A stretch of DNA of 64,000 nucleotides. It comes from an uncultured Planctomycetia bacterium (GTDB lineage: Bacteria; Omnitrophota; Gorgyraeia; 2-02-FULL-51-18). The notes beneath the pieces were generated by a model. It saw only the letters and a program-made list of their open reading frames with translations. It was not told the DNA's origin and did not search any database. Every line of letters begins with the position of its first letter. Positions within the stretch are counted from its first letter, which is position 1. Positions 18,026 to 27,622 of the stretch are shown here, in pieces. Location: the NCBI GenBank assembly GCA_964373505.1, contig CAYJVC010000003.1, forward strand, positions 11,336-75,335. The letters run 5' to 3'. The position numbers and the translations under genes were made by a program.

Positions 18026-18161
18026 GACCTGTTTGACAAATCCTCAAAACCTCCACAAGCGCCTGGTTTCCTTTCTCTCTTAATGTCTTATAATGTATGT
18101 TATGTTAAGTATTATATACAGGGAGATCCGTCCGCCAGGTAAAAACAACTACAGCAATAAG

Positions 18162-18208
18162 AAACCCTTGCCCCGGCGCCTTTCTGGGCGTCGAAGCAAG
18201 GGTTTTTG
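18162..18208. terminator. GC-rich hairpin with a T tract between the convergent PilZ and porin genes
   Basis: AAACCCTTGC...GCAAGGGTTTTT. The opposite strand shows TTCTTATT after the stem, so it may terminate either gene. Confidence 0.4.
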
Positions 18209-18238
18209 AATGCTTTATACTAACTTTTTACCGCTTCT

Positions 18239-19672
18239 TTAGAAAACCACCGTTACTCGGCTGATATATTCGCTGGCCGTTTCATCGTTCGGCGAGCTGT
18301 ACAACTCTCCGGGTATGAACCAATTCGCCATGACTTGGAACGTGACGTCCTCGGTGTAGGCGTACGTGATCGCCGTGTCGATCTCCCACCCGATCTCGTC
18401 GCTTAACACGGATGAGGTTGGGCTGGTGGTCGTCGTGTGCATGTCTTCGTCGGCCCAGTAGTAATAGAAAACTCCTGACAACTGTAGGTCTTCCAAGGGC
18501 TTCAGAGACCCCAACAAGCTGACAAACTGCAGATTCTGCCCTGCGGCCTGGTCATTGGCTTGAGCTGTCCCATAGAAGGTCTCAAGGTACTCGTGGATCC
18601 AACCGTAGGTCGGCCCGCGGAACGGCGCGTTCCAAGAGCTGAAGTCATCTGTTGTGGCGCTAAGATCCGACTCACCCGACAGATGCACATACTCAACCGT
18701 GACTTCGGGTTTCCAGGTATAATCCCAACGATAGGTACCGAAGAGATCCACAGCCAAAGCCGAACGGTCACGATCCGGATTAGCCAACATGGAGCGGTAA
18801 TTGCCGAACTGATAGGCAATTTCACCGCCCAGCGTGATCTGCGAGATCGGGTCAAATTGGACACGGCCGCCGATCGTGTAGGTTTTATTGCTCTCCTGCG
18901 AGACAGTCGCGGTCGGAGCATTCGTCGCCCGGTCAATCTCACTGACAAAATAACCTTCGGCGACAGCGTTGTACTCCGCGAACGCATAGTTCACGTTGGC
19001 GATATACAAATCCCGGTCGTCCTCGGGATTGTGCGCATTCTCGTCGATCTTGGAATACACAAAATCGAGCGTCCAGGGACTGAAATCAAGCGTCGCGCGG
19101 ATCGCGTCAAACGACTGGATCTGCGTGAATTCATCCGCCTGTGTCACTCCTTGGGGATCCTGGGGATTCCAACCGATGATAAACCCGCGGCCGAACAACA
19201 GATCCTGACGGCCGATGGTTAAAGTTAAAGGAGAATAGAAAATCTCCTTCATCTGCACATAAGCCAGGTCAAGAATGATGTCGAACTCGTTGGCCCCAAG
19301 GCTGCCGGCAGCGGCGGCACCATCGGACGCATCGGTGAACGTATTGGCGTTCCAGTCCCTCTGGTTAATAAGATTGATCACTGTTGAGACGTTGTCCGTC
19401 AAGTCCGCGGCCACTTGGATCTGGGTGATGGTCATGAAATACTCATCTCCCCCAGACTTATAGTTGGCATCACCTGACCCGCCATGGTCATAATCCGTCG
19501 TCGTGACGGGAGCAACACCGATGTCATTGTTGTCGCGCAGATCAAAATCACTGCGGTAAAACCAGTAAGCGTCGATCGAGCCGCTCACCTTCACGTTCTG
19601 GGTTTCGGCATAAACAGGCGCCGCCACGGCCAGAACGAGCGCCAAAACAAATAACGCTCTTAAAAGTTTCAT
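18239..19672 (-). CDS. Outer-membrane beta-barrel protein (porin-like)
   Basis: Signal peptide (LALVLAVAAPVYA), alternating amphipathic strands and a C-terminal aromatic residue (VTVVF). Confidence 0.55.
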   Translation of the reverse strand: MKLLRALFVLALVLAVAAPVYAETQNVKVSGSIDAYWFYRSDFDLRDNNDIGVAPVTTTDYDHGGSGDANYKSGGDEYFMTITQIQVAADLTDNVSTVINLINQRDWNANTFTDASDGAAAAGSLGANEFDIILDLAYVQMKEIFYSPLTLTIGRQDLLFGRGFIIGWNPQDPQGVTQADEFTQIQSFDAIRATLDFSPWTLDFVYSKIDENAHNPEDDRDLYIANVNYAFAEYNAVAEGYFVSEIDRATNAPTATVSQESNKTYTIGGRVQFDPISQITLGGEIAYQFGNYRSMLANPDRDRSALAVDLFGTYRWDYTWKPEVTVEYVHLSGESDLSATTDDFSSWNAPFRGPTYGWIHEYLETFYGTAQANDQAAGQNLQFVSLLGSLKPLEDLQLSGVFYYYWADEDMHTTTTSPTSSVLSDEIGWEIDTAITYAYTEDVTFQVMANWFIPGELYSSPNDETASEYISRVTVVF

Positions 19673-19868
19673 TGAATTTCTCCTTGAGGATACTCTTTTA
19701 TTTTCTACGTTAGGTTGATTCTCATGATAACCTTAAAGCCTTTTAGTTGCCTCCCCCCTTTCTGCGGCGTAGTGTAGGTTATCTTTATACAGCTTTTACT
19801 TTAATGAGGCCAGTTTACTGTTTCATTGTTAAATCGATGTAACGGACGTATTAAACTTGGTTTTTGGC

Positions 19869-21491
19869 CTATCCGGCAAAACGGTTCGTGATCGGCATCC
19901 GCCGGTCGCGGCCGAATGCCTTGGGGGTGATCTTAACGCCGGGAGGAGCTTGGCGGCGCTTGTACTCGTTATGGTCCACCATCCGTTTGATCTGATGGGC
20001 GACACCCCGGACTATTCCCCTTTTTAGAATGCGGCTAATCGGCATGTCCTTTTCGACATAAAGCTCCAGGAAACGATCGAGCAGCTTATAAGGCGGCAGT
20101 GAATCCTCGTCCTTTTGGTTCGGCCGAAGTTCCGCAGTGGGAGGGCGTCTCAAGATGCTTTGCGGGATGGAATTTATCGGAGCAAGCGTGTTCCGGTGCC
20201 GCGCGAGCCTGAAAACCAGCGTCTTCGGTACGTCCTTGATCACGGCAAAGCCGCCGGCCATGTCCCCATACAATGTGCAATAACCGGTCGCCATCTCGCT
20301 TTTGTTGCCGGTGGTCAGCACCAGATACCCGCATTGATTGGACAAGGCCATCAAAAGATTGCCGCGGATGCGCGCCTGCAGATTCTCCTCCGTGATCCCT
20401 TGAGCAGGCGCTCCCATCCCTTTCTTGAGGGTGTTCAAATAGCCCTCCAAAATGTCCCCGATCGGGAATTCAAGGCATTGAATGCCCAAGTTTTTTGCCA
20501 GAAGTTTCGCGTCCGAAAAAGTTTCCCGGGAGGTGTAAGAGGAAGGCATCGTGACGCCAACCACATTCTCCGCGCCAAGCGCATCCACGGCGATCGCCGC
20601 CACGAGCGCCGAGTCAATGCCGCCGCTTAATCCGACGAGCGCTTTCTTAAAACCGTTCTTCTGAATGTAATCTCTCGTGCCCAAGACGAGCGCCTGGTAG
20701 ACCTCGGCCTCGTAGCTTAAGCTGCTTGGTTTGGGGCCGCGACGTCTCGAAACCGGGCCCGGCGGAATATCCGCGGCTAGAAGCTGTTCCTCAAAACGCC
20801 CGGCCTCGGCCAGGATATTCCCGGAACGGTCCATGACGAAGCTCCCCCCGTCAAACACAAGTTCATCCTGCCCTCCCACAAGATTCAGATAAATCACGGG
20901 CGCCTTCACATGAGAAACCACTTTTTTCAGCAAGGTGATCCGCTCTTTCTGTTTCCCCGCGTGGAACGGGGACGCCGAGAGATTCACAAGAAGCGAGGCA
21001 GAGCCGCGATACGCCTTGGAATAAATAAATGAATTCTTCTGCCAGATATCCTCGCAAATGGTCACGCCGAGCCTTACGCCCGGGCTCAGTCCGATGACCC
21101 CAGAGCCCGAACCCGGCGTAAAATAGCGTCTTTCGTCAAAAACACCGTAATTGGGCAATTCCGCCTTGTGATAGACGCCAAGGATCTTTTTACCGGCAAG
21201 GACAGCGGCCGCATTGAAAAGATCCCCCCGGGAGTTACGGTCCACGAACCCCACGACCGCGGCGAGGCCCCCCGTCAAGGGCACAAGCGATCTGAGCGCT
21301 TTTAGGTTATTCGCAATAAAGGCTTCACGGAACAGCAGGTCTTCCGGCGGGTAGCCGGTCAGCGTAAGTTCCGGGAAAACTACAAGCTCCGATTTTTCGC
21401 GCCGCGCCCGGTCAAGGCCCCCTAGCACCTTGGCTTTGTTATTTTCGATATCGCCGACCGTCGTATTGATCTGGGCAAGCAAAATTCTCAT
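19869..21491 (-). CDS. nadE: Glutamine-dependent NAD+ synthetase (nitrilase domain plus NadE domain)
   Basis: N-terminal CN-hydrolase domain and C-terminal PP-loop SGGIDS. Confidence 0.9.
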   Translation of the reverse strand: MRILLAQINTTVGDIENNKAKVLGGLDRARREKSELVVFPELTLTGYPPEDLLFREAFIANNLKALRSLVPLTGGLAAVVGFVDRNSRGDLFNAAAVLAGKKILGVYHKAELPNYGVFDERRYFTPGSGSGVIGLSPGVRLGVTICEDIWQKNSFIYSKAYRGSASLLVNLSASPFHAGKQKERITLLKKVVSHVKAPVIYLNLVGGQDELVFDGGSFVMDRSGNILAEAGRFEEQLLAADIPPGPVSRRRGPKPSSLSYEAEVYQALVLGTRDYIQKNGFKKALVGLSGGIDSALVAAIAVDALGAENVVGVTMPSSYTSRETFSDAKLLAKNLGIQCLEFPIGDILEGYLNTLKKGMGAPAQGITEENLQARIRGNLLMALSNQCGYLVLTTGNKSEMATGYCTLYGDMAGGFAVIKDVPKTLVFRLARHRNTLAPINSIPQSILRRPPTAELRPNQKDEDSLPPYKLLDRFLELYVEKDMPISRILKRGIVRGVAHQIKRMVDHNEYKRRQAPPGVKITPKAFGRDRRMPITNRFAG

Positions 21492-21823
21492 AAATGCAGG
21501 TTCACCCGGGTATTTTTATCCCTCTCCAGAGACAGGGAGATGAGCTTTAGAGGCAGGATTTCTTTGGACAACAGCTTCCGGAAAGCACTCAGCAAATTCG
21601 CCTCCGTCAGATCAGCGTTTTTAAGAAAATCAACGTGCAAACCAAGGTCATGGGAATCGAGCTTGGCAATGAGGCAATTGCGGACCTTCTTCTCAAGGAT
21701 GAGTTCGGATGCTTCATCGACAGGGTCCGTCACAATTTCCAGGACGTAATTATGCGCGTGGATCTTTCCGTCTCTTTCGAAGCTGGCGCTGAAATGGAAC
21801 CTCTTCTGGAAAGAAAACTTCAC
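21488..21823 (-). CDS. queD: 6-carboxytetrahydropterin / 6-pyruvoyl-tetrahydropterin synthase family protein (QueD/PTPS)
   Basis: [11 protein letters not shown] motif. The GTG start overlaps the folE stop codon as GTGA. The ORF-track version (to 21907) runs into folE. Confidence 0.6.
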   Translation of the reverse strand: MKFSFQKRFHFSASFERDGKIHAHNYVLEIVTDPVDEASELILEKKVRNCLIAKLDSHDLGLHVDFLKNADLTEANLLSAFRKLLSKEILPLKLISLSLERDKNTRVNLHL

Positions 21824-22383
21824 GAGGGCTTTTTGATAAGTTCCATGAATTCCATGCGCGTGGCGCGGTCCGTCCGGAACACCCCCAGCATCGTGCTCGT
21901 CACGCACACCGAACTTTGTTTTTCAACCCCCCGCATCGCCATGCAAAGATGCAGCGCCTCGATGATCACGGCTACGCCGAGCGGCTCGAGCGCGTCCTTC
22001 AGGCAATTGGCGATCTGGCTTGTGAGACGTTCCTGCACTTGGAGGCGCCGCGCGAACATATTCACGATCCGGGGAATTTTACTCAAACCCACGATCTTCC
22101 CGCTTGGGATATAGGCCACATGGCACTTCCCGTAAAATGGCAGGAGATGGTGTTCACAGAGGCTAAAAAGGTCTATGTCCCTCACCACCACCATCTCATC
22201 GTACTCTTCGTTAAAGACGGCCTTATTCAACACGTCCTTAGGGCTGAGTTTGTAGCCGCTGGTTAGGAATTGGTACGAGGCCTCGACACGCTTCGGGGTT
22301 TTTATAAGGCCCTGGCGTTTCGGATCTTCCCCCAGGAGAATGAGAAGACGGCGCGTCAATGCGCTGATTTCGGCCTTTTTCAC
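21820..22383 (-). CDS. folE: GTP cyclohydrolase I
   Basis: CEHHLLPF...GKCHVAYIP motif. GTG start at 22383, preceded by the family-1 arm. Confidence 0.9.
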   Translation of the reverse strand: MKKAEISALTRRLLILLGEDPKRQGLIKTPKRVEASYQFLTSGYKLSPKDVLNKAVFNEEYDEMVVVRDIDLFSLCEHHLLPFYGKCHVAYIPSGKIVGLSKIPRIVNMFARRLQVQERLTSQIANCLKDALEPLGVAVIIEALHLCMAMRGVEKQSSVCVTSTMLGVFRTDRATRMEFMELIKKPS

Positions 22384-22486
22384 CCCACCACCTCCTTCCG
22401 AGATAGCTTAAAGGCTGTCTCGATGCGTAAATTTTCTTTAATTTGCGCATCGCACAACAAAGTTGTAGAAGGAGGTGGTGGGGTCA
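22380..22486 (-). repeat. Family-1 intercistronic palindromic element E1 (variant arms TCACCCCACCACCTCCTT / AAGGAGGTGGTGGGGTCA)
   Basis: 17-18 bp perfect inverted arms. The left arm ends at the folE GTG start codon. Includes an internal AAATTTTCTTTAATTT module. Confidence 0.65.
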
Positions 22487-22517
22487 TAGTGGGGAGATTA
22501 TACGATAACGCGGGAGC

Positions 22518-22576
22518 TTTTAAAATAAAAAACCCCGTCCTCTCTCAAGGTTCATTGACCTTAAGAGAAGACGGGG
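22518..22576 (-). terminator. Rho-independent terminator downstream of the 22596-22949 gene
   Basis: Stem CCCCGTCTTCTCTTAAGG...CCTTGAGAGAGGACGGGG followed on the - strand by TTTTTTATTTTAAAA. Confidence 0.55.
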
Positions 22577-22595
22577 CTCTGATTAAACCAGACCG

Positions 22596-22949
22596 TTACT
22601 CCAATCGAGCCTTTTCAGGATTGATCAGCGGCTGTTTTTTGGGGATCCAAAACGTGATAAGGTCTATCACGCCCGCACCCGTCCTATGAAGCGCCCTACG
22701 GGCCCCGATCGCGCCACCGGCCACAACACCCGTGAGCTGTTCGCCCGTGCTCTTCCCCTTGGAAGCTTCGGCATGGGTGCTGTCCAGTACTTCCACCCAA
22801 CCGGTGCCGACATTCCTTGAACCAACCTGCACATTTTTTACCTGTGCCTTGCCGTCATTGGCTGACATCGAAGCGTCATCCGCAAAAGCGGGAATTCCCA
22901 TCGCGACCGCAACGAACAGCAGTAAAGCTAACGCAACTGATTTCTTCAC
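22596..22949 (-). CDS. Small secreted Gly-rich hypothetical protein
   Basis: Signal peptide MKKSVALALLLFVAVAMGIPAFA. Has its own terminator and an AT-rich upstream region. Confidence 0.45.
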   Translation of the reverse strand: MKKSVALALLLFVAVAMGIPAFADDASMSANDGKAQVKNVQVGSRNVGTGWVEVLDSTHAEASKGKSTGEQLTGVVAGGAIGARRALHRTGAGVIDLITFWIPKKQPLINPEKARLE

Positions 22950-23070
22950 TCTTTTCCTCCTTATTATATAGAAATACTAACGTTGATATTCTATTACACA
23001 ACACTCTTTTTATGCAAGTTCAATTTTATTTCTAAAATTTCTATCTATTTACTAGTATTTTTAAGTGATA

Positions 23071-23574
23071 TTAACGAAGATTAACAAATTGTAGATCAAC
23101 CCCAAAATCCTGTTTCCTTAAATAGACGATGACGGCTTGCAGATCATCGATCTTGACCGCCTGCACCCGCACCTGGTCGGATTGGATCGTGGCTTGAACC
23201 TTCATTTTGATCTCTTTGATGCTTTTGACTATTTCCTTGGCCTTGTCGGAAGGGATGCCGTTCTGCACCGTGACGACCTGCTTCACGGAGCCGCCGACCA
23301 TGCCCGTTTCCAGCTTTCCAAACTGCAGCGCCTTGAGCGATACGCCGCGCTTCACGCATTTGGTTTGAAGCATGTCCACGAGCGTTTTCAACCGGTATTC
23401 ATTTTCAGTTTTAAACGTGATCGTTTTCTGAGTTTTGTCGAGCTCCAGGGTGCTCATCGAGCCTTTGAAATCAAAGCGGTTCTCAAGCTCCTTTTTGGCC
23501 TGCTGCACGGCATTGTCCAGCTCCTGCATATTGACCTCCGACACCACGTCGAACGAATGATCCTTAGCGCCCAT
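23071..23574 (-). CDS. yajQ: YajQ-family nucleotide-binding protein (UPF0234)
   Basis: [19 protein letters not shown]...ENRFDFKG signature. Start taken at the ATG at 23574. Confidence 0.75.
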   Translation of the reverse strand: MGAKDHSFDVVSEVNMQELDNAVQQAKKELENRFDFKGSMSTLELDKTQKTITFKTENEYRLKTLVDMLQTKCVKRGVSLKALQFGKLETGMVGGSVKQVVTVQNGIPSDKAKEIVKSIKEIKMKVQATIQSDQVRVQAVKIDDLQAVIVYLRKQDFGVDLQFVNLR

Positions 23575-24430
23575 GGCCCACAACACTCCCGATCCGGCTC
23601 AAATTCCGTATCACGTGCACTCCTTTTTTTTCGAGCGAGGAAATTTTCTCCTGCGCCGTGCCCGAGGAGCCGGAAATAATAGCGCCCGCGTGGCCCATGC
23701 GTTTGCCCGGCGGCGCCGTTATGCCGGCAATAAACGCGAAAACCTCTTTCTTCATATTTTCCTGAATGAAATGGGCGGCCTCTTCTTCCTGACTGCCTCC
23801 GATCTCCCCGATGAGAAGCACCGCCCGGGTCTGGGGATCTTTCTCAAACATCTCCAAGAGCTCAATGAAGCCCGTGCCGATCACAGGGTCCCCGCCGATA
23901 CCGATGCAGGTCGTCTGGCCAAGTCCCGCCGAGCTCAATTGCCACACCGCCTCATAGGTCAAGGTGCCGCTTCGCGAGATCACGCCGATATCGCCTTTTT
24001 TATGGATATAACCCGGCATGATGCCGATCTTGCACGTTTCGGAGGTGATAATTCCGGGGCAGTTGGGCCCGATAATTCGGGCGCCCCGGGCCTTGGCATA
24101 TTCCACCGCCTTCACCATGTCCAGCGTAGGAATACCCTCCGTGATGCAGACGAGAAGTTCTATCCCGCCGTCCACGGCCTCTATGATCGCCGATAAGGCA
24201 AACGGCGCCGGGACATAAAGCATCGAAGCGATCGCGCCTGTTTTCTCGACGGCCTCCCGGACCGTATTGAACACGGGGATCGTTCCGACAAAACTGCCCC
24301 CTTTCCCGGGGGTCACTCCCCCCACAAGCTTTGTGCCGTACTCCAGGCATTTCTGGGAATGAAAACTGCCGGCCTTTCCGGTGATCCCCTGGCAAATGAC
24401 TCGTGTGTTCTTATCAACGAGTATCGGCAT
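23564..24430 (-). CDS. sucD: Succinyl-CoA synthetase alpha subunit
   Basis: VICQGITG and CoA-binding motifs. Overlaps the sucC stop. The ORF-track start at 24493 has a spurious basic extension. Confidence 0.9.
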   Translation of the reverse strand: MPILVDKNTRVICQGITGKAGSFHSQKCLEYGTKLVGGVTPGKGGSFVGTIPVFNTVREAVEKTGAIASMLYVPAPFALSAIIEAVDGGIELLVCITEGIPTLDMVKAVEYAKARGARIIGPNCPGIITSETCKIGIMPGYIHKKGDIGVISRSGTLTYEAVWQLSSAGLGQTTCIGIGGDPVIGTGFIELLEMFEKDPQTRAVLLIGEIGGSQEEEAAHFIQENMKKEVFAFIAGITAPPGKRMGHAGAIISGSSGTAQEKISSLEKKGVHVIRNLSRIGSVVGHGR

Positions 24431-25604
24431 GGGCTTGGGAATATTGTTTGGCCTTCTTGACGGCCGTTTCGGCGGCTTCCTGGATCGTCGCACAAGACAG
24501 GATAGGTAAGCCGGAGTCTTTCAGAAGCCTCCTCCCCTCTTCGACCTGCGTGCCTTCCAGGCGGACCACGAGCGGCACCTGGGATCGAACCTCCTTCGAG
24601 GCCTCGATCACGCCCTGAGCGATCACATCGCACCTCATAATACCGCCGAAAATGTTCACCAGGATAGCCTGCACGCGTTTATCTTCCAGAATGATCTTAA
24701 AACCTTCCCTCACCTGATCGGCCGTGGCGCCCCCTCCGACGTCTAAAAAATTGGCGGGTTCCCCGCCGGCCAACTTGATCGTGTCCATCGTCGCCATCGC
24801 AAGCCCCGCGCCGTTCACGAGACAGCCGACGTCACCGCTCATTGAAATATAGCTTAAACCGAACCCTTTGGCCTTCCTTTCGCGCTCGTCTTCCTCATCG
24901 GGGTCCTTCAAGGCCTGGTTCTCGGGGTGCCGGAACAACGCATTGTCATCAAACACCATTTTGGCGTCCAGCGCCATCACCCGGCCGCCTTCCACCAGCG
25001 CCAGTGGGTTGATCTCACAGGTCGAAGCGTCCTTTTCTACAAAAAGCCTCGCCAGCTTCTCGGCGATAGCTGCAATTTGTTCGGGGGTCGCCCGATCGGA
25101 ATAGATCGGTTTTATCAAGGAAATGATCTGCGCGGCCGTGGGAAGCGACTCGGGTGAAAAGTGCATTCGGTGGATCGCCGAAGGGTTCTTCGCAGCCACC
25201 TCCTCGATCTCGACGCCGCCCTCTTTTGAGAACAGGATCACGGGCTTATTTTTTGTGCGGTCCACCACAAGGCCCAAATAATATTCCTCACGGATGGGTT
25301 TGTCTTCGGTGATCAGAACGGATTTAACGGTCTTCGCCTCGCCGCCCGACTGGGGGGTGGAAAAAGGCTTGCACAGGAATTTTTCGGCGAACGCCACGGC
25401 CTCGGCGGCCGTCCGAACTTTTTGAACGCCGCCCGCTTTCCCGCGGCCTCCCATCAACACCTGAACCTTCGTGATGCAAGAGGGGCCGGCGTAACGGCCA
25501 AAGGCGGCTTGGATATCCTTGGAATTAAAGACAGCTTCACCTCGGGGGATGGGGATGCCGTAACTTTCCAGAAGGTTTCTGGCCTGATATTCGTGGAGTT
25601 TCAC
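24414..25604 (-). CDS. sucC: Succinyl-CoA synthetase beta subunit
   Basis: ATP-grasp domain with N-terminus [15 protein letters not shown] start at 25604 inside the family-1 arm. Confidence 0.9.
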   Translation of the reverse strand: MKLHEYQARNLLESYGIPIPRGEAVFNSKDIQAAFGRYAGPSCITKVQVLMGGRGKAGGVQKVRTAAEAVAFAEKFLCKPFSTPQSGGEAKTVKSVLITEDKPIREEYYLGLVVDRTKNKPVILFSKEGGVEIEEVAAKNPSAIHRMHFSPESLPTAAQIISLIKPIYSDRATPEQIAAIAEKLARLFVEKDASTCEINPLALVEGGRVMALDAKMVFDDNALFRHPENQALKDPDEEDERERKAKGFGLSYISMSGDVGCLVNGAGLAMATMDTIKLAGGEPANFLDVGGGATADQVREGFKIILEDKRVQAILVNIFGGIMRCDVIAQGVIEASKEVRSQVPLVVRLEGTQVEEGRRLLKDSGLPILSCATIQEAAETAVKKAKQYSQAHADTR

Positions 25605-25719
25605 CCCATCCCCTGTTTCTTTGTTTTAAGAACAAACAAATTCGCCTCCGGCGTATTTGAACGCCGCTTTTCGTAGTTTTTTTGCCGCCACAGCGGCGTT
25701 GAAACAGGGGATGGGGTCA
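25601..25719 (-). repeat. Family-1 intercistronic palindromic element E2 (TCACCCCATCCCCTGTTTC ... GAAACAGGGGATGGGGTCA)
   Basis: The right arm ends with TCA, which is the mdh TGA stop codon (25717-25719). The left arm ends at the sucC GTG start (25602-25604). Internal hairpins GGCGTATTTGAACGCC and GCCGCCACAGCGGCG. Confidence 0.65.
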
Positions 25720-26664
25720 TAATAGCCCGAGCCGCGTAAGCTCACCGACGCCCTGCTTGACTTTGCGAGCCGAAAGCTCCAAAGCCTTTTTTTCTTCGGC
25801 CGTCATTTCGATCGTCACTACTTTCTCTACGCCGTTTTTGCCCAGTTCAACCGGAACTCCGAAGTACATGTCCTTCAAGCCGTATTCACCGTTTAAATAA
25901 GCGCATACGGGCAGCACCTTTTTTTCATTCTTTAGTATCGCCTTGACCATCTCGGCAATGGAGCTGGCCGGTGCATAGAACGCACTCCCCGTTTTTAAGA
26001 GTGCCACGATCTCGGCTCCGCCGTCGCGGGTCCTCTGCTCGATCCGGGCCAGTTCTTCGGGTGGAATGAGCTCCTCCACGGGCTTATTCTTGACAGCCGA
26101 ATGGCTGGATAGCGGCACCATCAGATCTCCGTGCCCGCCCAAAACGACCGCAACCACATCACGCGGCAAAACCTCTAACCGCTCCGCGATGAAGGCGCGC
26201 ATGCGCGCGGTATCCAATACGCCCGCCATCCCGAAAACCCTCTGCGACGGAAAAGCCGCCGTTTTAAACGCCAAATAAGTCATGACGTCCAAAGGGTTCG
26301 TCACGATCATGATCTTGGAATCGGGCGCGTATTGCTTGACGTTCGCGCATACCTCCTTCACGATCTTCGCATTGAGCGCCAGGAGGTCCTCGCGCGTCAT
26401 GCCGGGTTTGCGCGGCAGCCCCGCCGTCACCACCACGAGTTCGGCGCCCGCAATATCCTTGTAGTCGTTGGTCCCGACGATCCGCTTGTCATGCCCCTCG
26501 ATCGGCGCCGACTCCATGAGATCCAGCGCCTTGCCCTGCGGCAGGCCCTGAACAATGTCGAACAATACGACGTCCGAGAGGCCTTTCTCCAAGATCCGCT
26601 GGGCCGCAGTGGCCCCCACTTGTCCCGCGCCGATCACGGCCACGAACGGTTTTCGGATCTTCAT
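25717..26664 (-). CDS. mdh: Malate dehydrogenase (LDH-like family)
   Basis: AVIGAGQVGAT Rossmann motif and MTRDDL-like catalytic loop (GMTREDL). Confidence 0.9.
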   Translation of the reverse strand: MKIRKPFVAVIGAGQVGATAAQRILEKGLSDVVLFDIVQGLPQGKALDLMESAPIEGHDKRIVGTNDYKDIAGAELVVVTAGLPRKPGMTREDLLALNAKIVKEVCANVKQYAPDSKIMIVTNPLDVMTYLAFKTAAFPSQRVFGMAGVLDTARMRAFIAERLEVLPRDVVAVVLGGHGDLMVPLSSHSAVKNKPVEELIPPEELARIEQRTRDGGAEIVALLKTGSAFYAPASSIAEMVKAILKNEKKVLPVCAYLNGEYGLKDMYFGVPVELGKNGVEKVVTIEMTAEEKKALELSARKVKQGVGELTRLGLL

Positions 26665-27107
26665 TTGAGGATCTTTCCCAAAAAATCGCTGATGCGCCTG
26701 GCTTCCGCCTGACCGGCCAGCTTTTCCGTCAGAAGCTTCATCAGGCGCCCGAAGTCTTTTTTGGAAACGACGCCCGCGGCTTGTACCTGGCTTTGAATAA
26801 ATCTCTCAAGATCGGCGTCCGGCATCTGTTTCGGCAGGTAAGTTTCAAGCAGGGCGACCTCTTTCTTCTCCTTCTCCGCCAGATCCGCACGGCCTCCCTT
26901 CATGAACTGATCGATCGACTCACGTCTCTGCTTGATCTGTTTCTGGATCACCGACTGCACATCGGAGTCGCTTAAAACCCCACCTTTTTTTTCAATGGCC
27001 ACATACTGGATCGCGGACTTCAAGAACCTCAAGGCGCCCAGCTTTTGAGAGTCTTTGGAAATCATCGCCTGCTTTACGTCGGAATCGATTTTTTCCACCA
27101 AAGACAT
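26661..27107 (-). CDS. GatB/YqeY domain protein
   Basis: YqeY family N-terminus (SLVEKIDSDVKQAMISKD). ATGA overlap with mdh. Confidence 0.7.
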   Translation of the reverse strand: MSLVEKIDSDVKQAMISKDSQKLGALRFLKSAIQYVAIEKKGGVLSDSDVQSVIQKQIKQRRESIDQFMKGGRADLAEKEKKEVALLETYLPKQMPDADLERFIQSQVQAAGVVSKKDFGRLMKLLTEKLAGQAEARRISDFLGKILK

Positions 27108-27219
27108 GCCTTATCTCCTGTTACTCGGTAAACTAAAGGGGAGTCGCCGCGCGACGCACCGGCTAACTCCCCTTAAGAAATAGGACTAGTGAACTTTTTC
27201 GTATCGAAAGCTTGAGAAC

Positions 27220-27573
27220 TTACTGATTTTCTTCCGCTGCTTTTACCGGGATCTGAACCGTTTCGGACACTGTCTGACCCGTCGTTTCAAGCGTTCCGAC
27301 GACCGGTTGCGCCACAACCCCGCCCAGATCACCCCCGGCAATGGCCCCACCCGTGTTGGACAGGACCTTTTCTCCGGTGTTGTTAAGCGTATTGGCGGTC
27401 ATTTCGCCGGTTTCTTGAGTTGCTTTCACCGGATAGTTGAAAAGCCTTCTGAAAAAACCCGTGACGCTATTTTCCGAGTCACTGGCTGCCGCAAAAGCCG
27501 TTGAAATAAGAGACAACGAAAAAAGCCCGATCAAGGACGCTACGAGCACTTTCTTTGAAAAATGAGACATCAA
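27220..27573 (-). CDS. Small secreted hypothetical protein
   Basis: Signal peptide (LVASLIGLFSLSLISTAFA) followed by a Gly/Thr-rich mature region. Confidence 0.4.
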   Translation of the reverse strand: MMSHFSKKVLVASLIGLFSLSLISTAFAAASDSENSVTGFFRRLFNYPVKATQETGEMTANTLNNTGEKVLSNTGGAIAGGDLGGVVAQPVVGTLETTGQTVSETVQIPVKAAEENQ

Positions 27574-27622
27574 AACCTCCTGTTAATTTAAGAAGACATT
27601 ATAAAAATTGCGGGAGGGCAAG

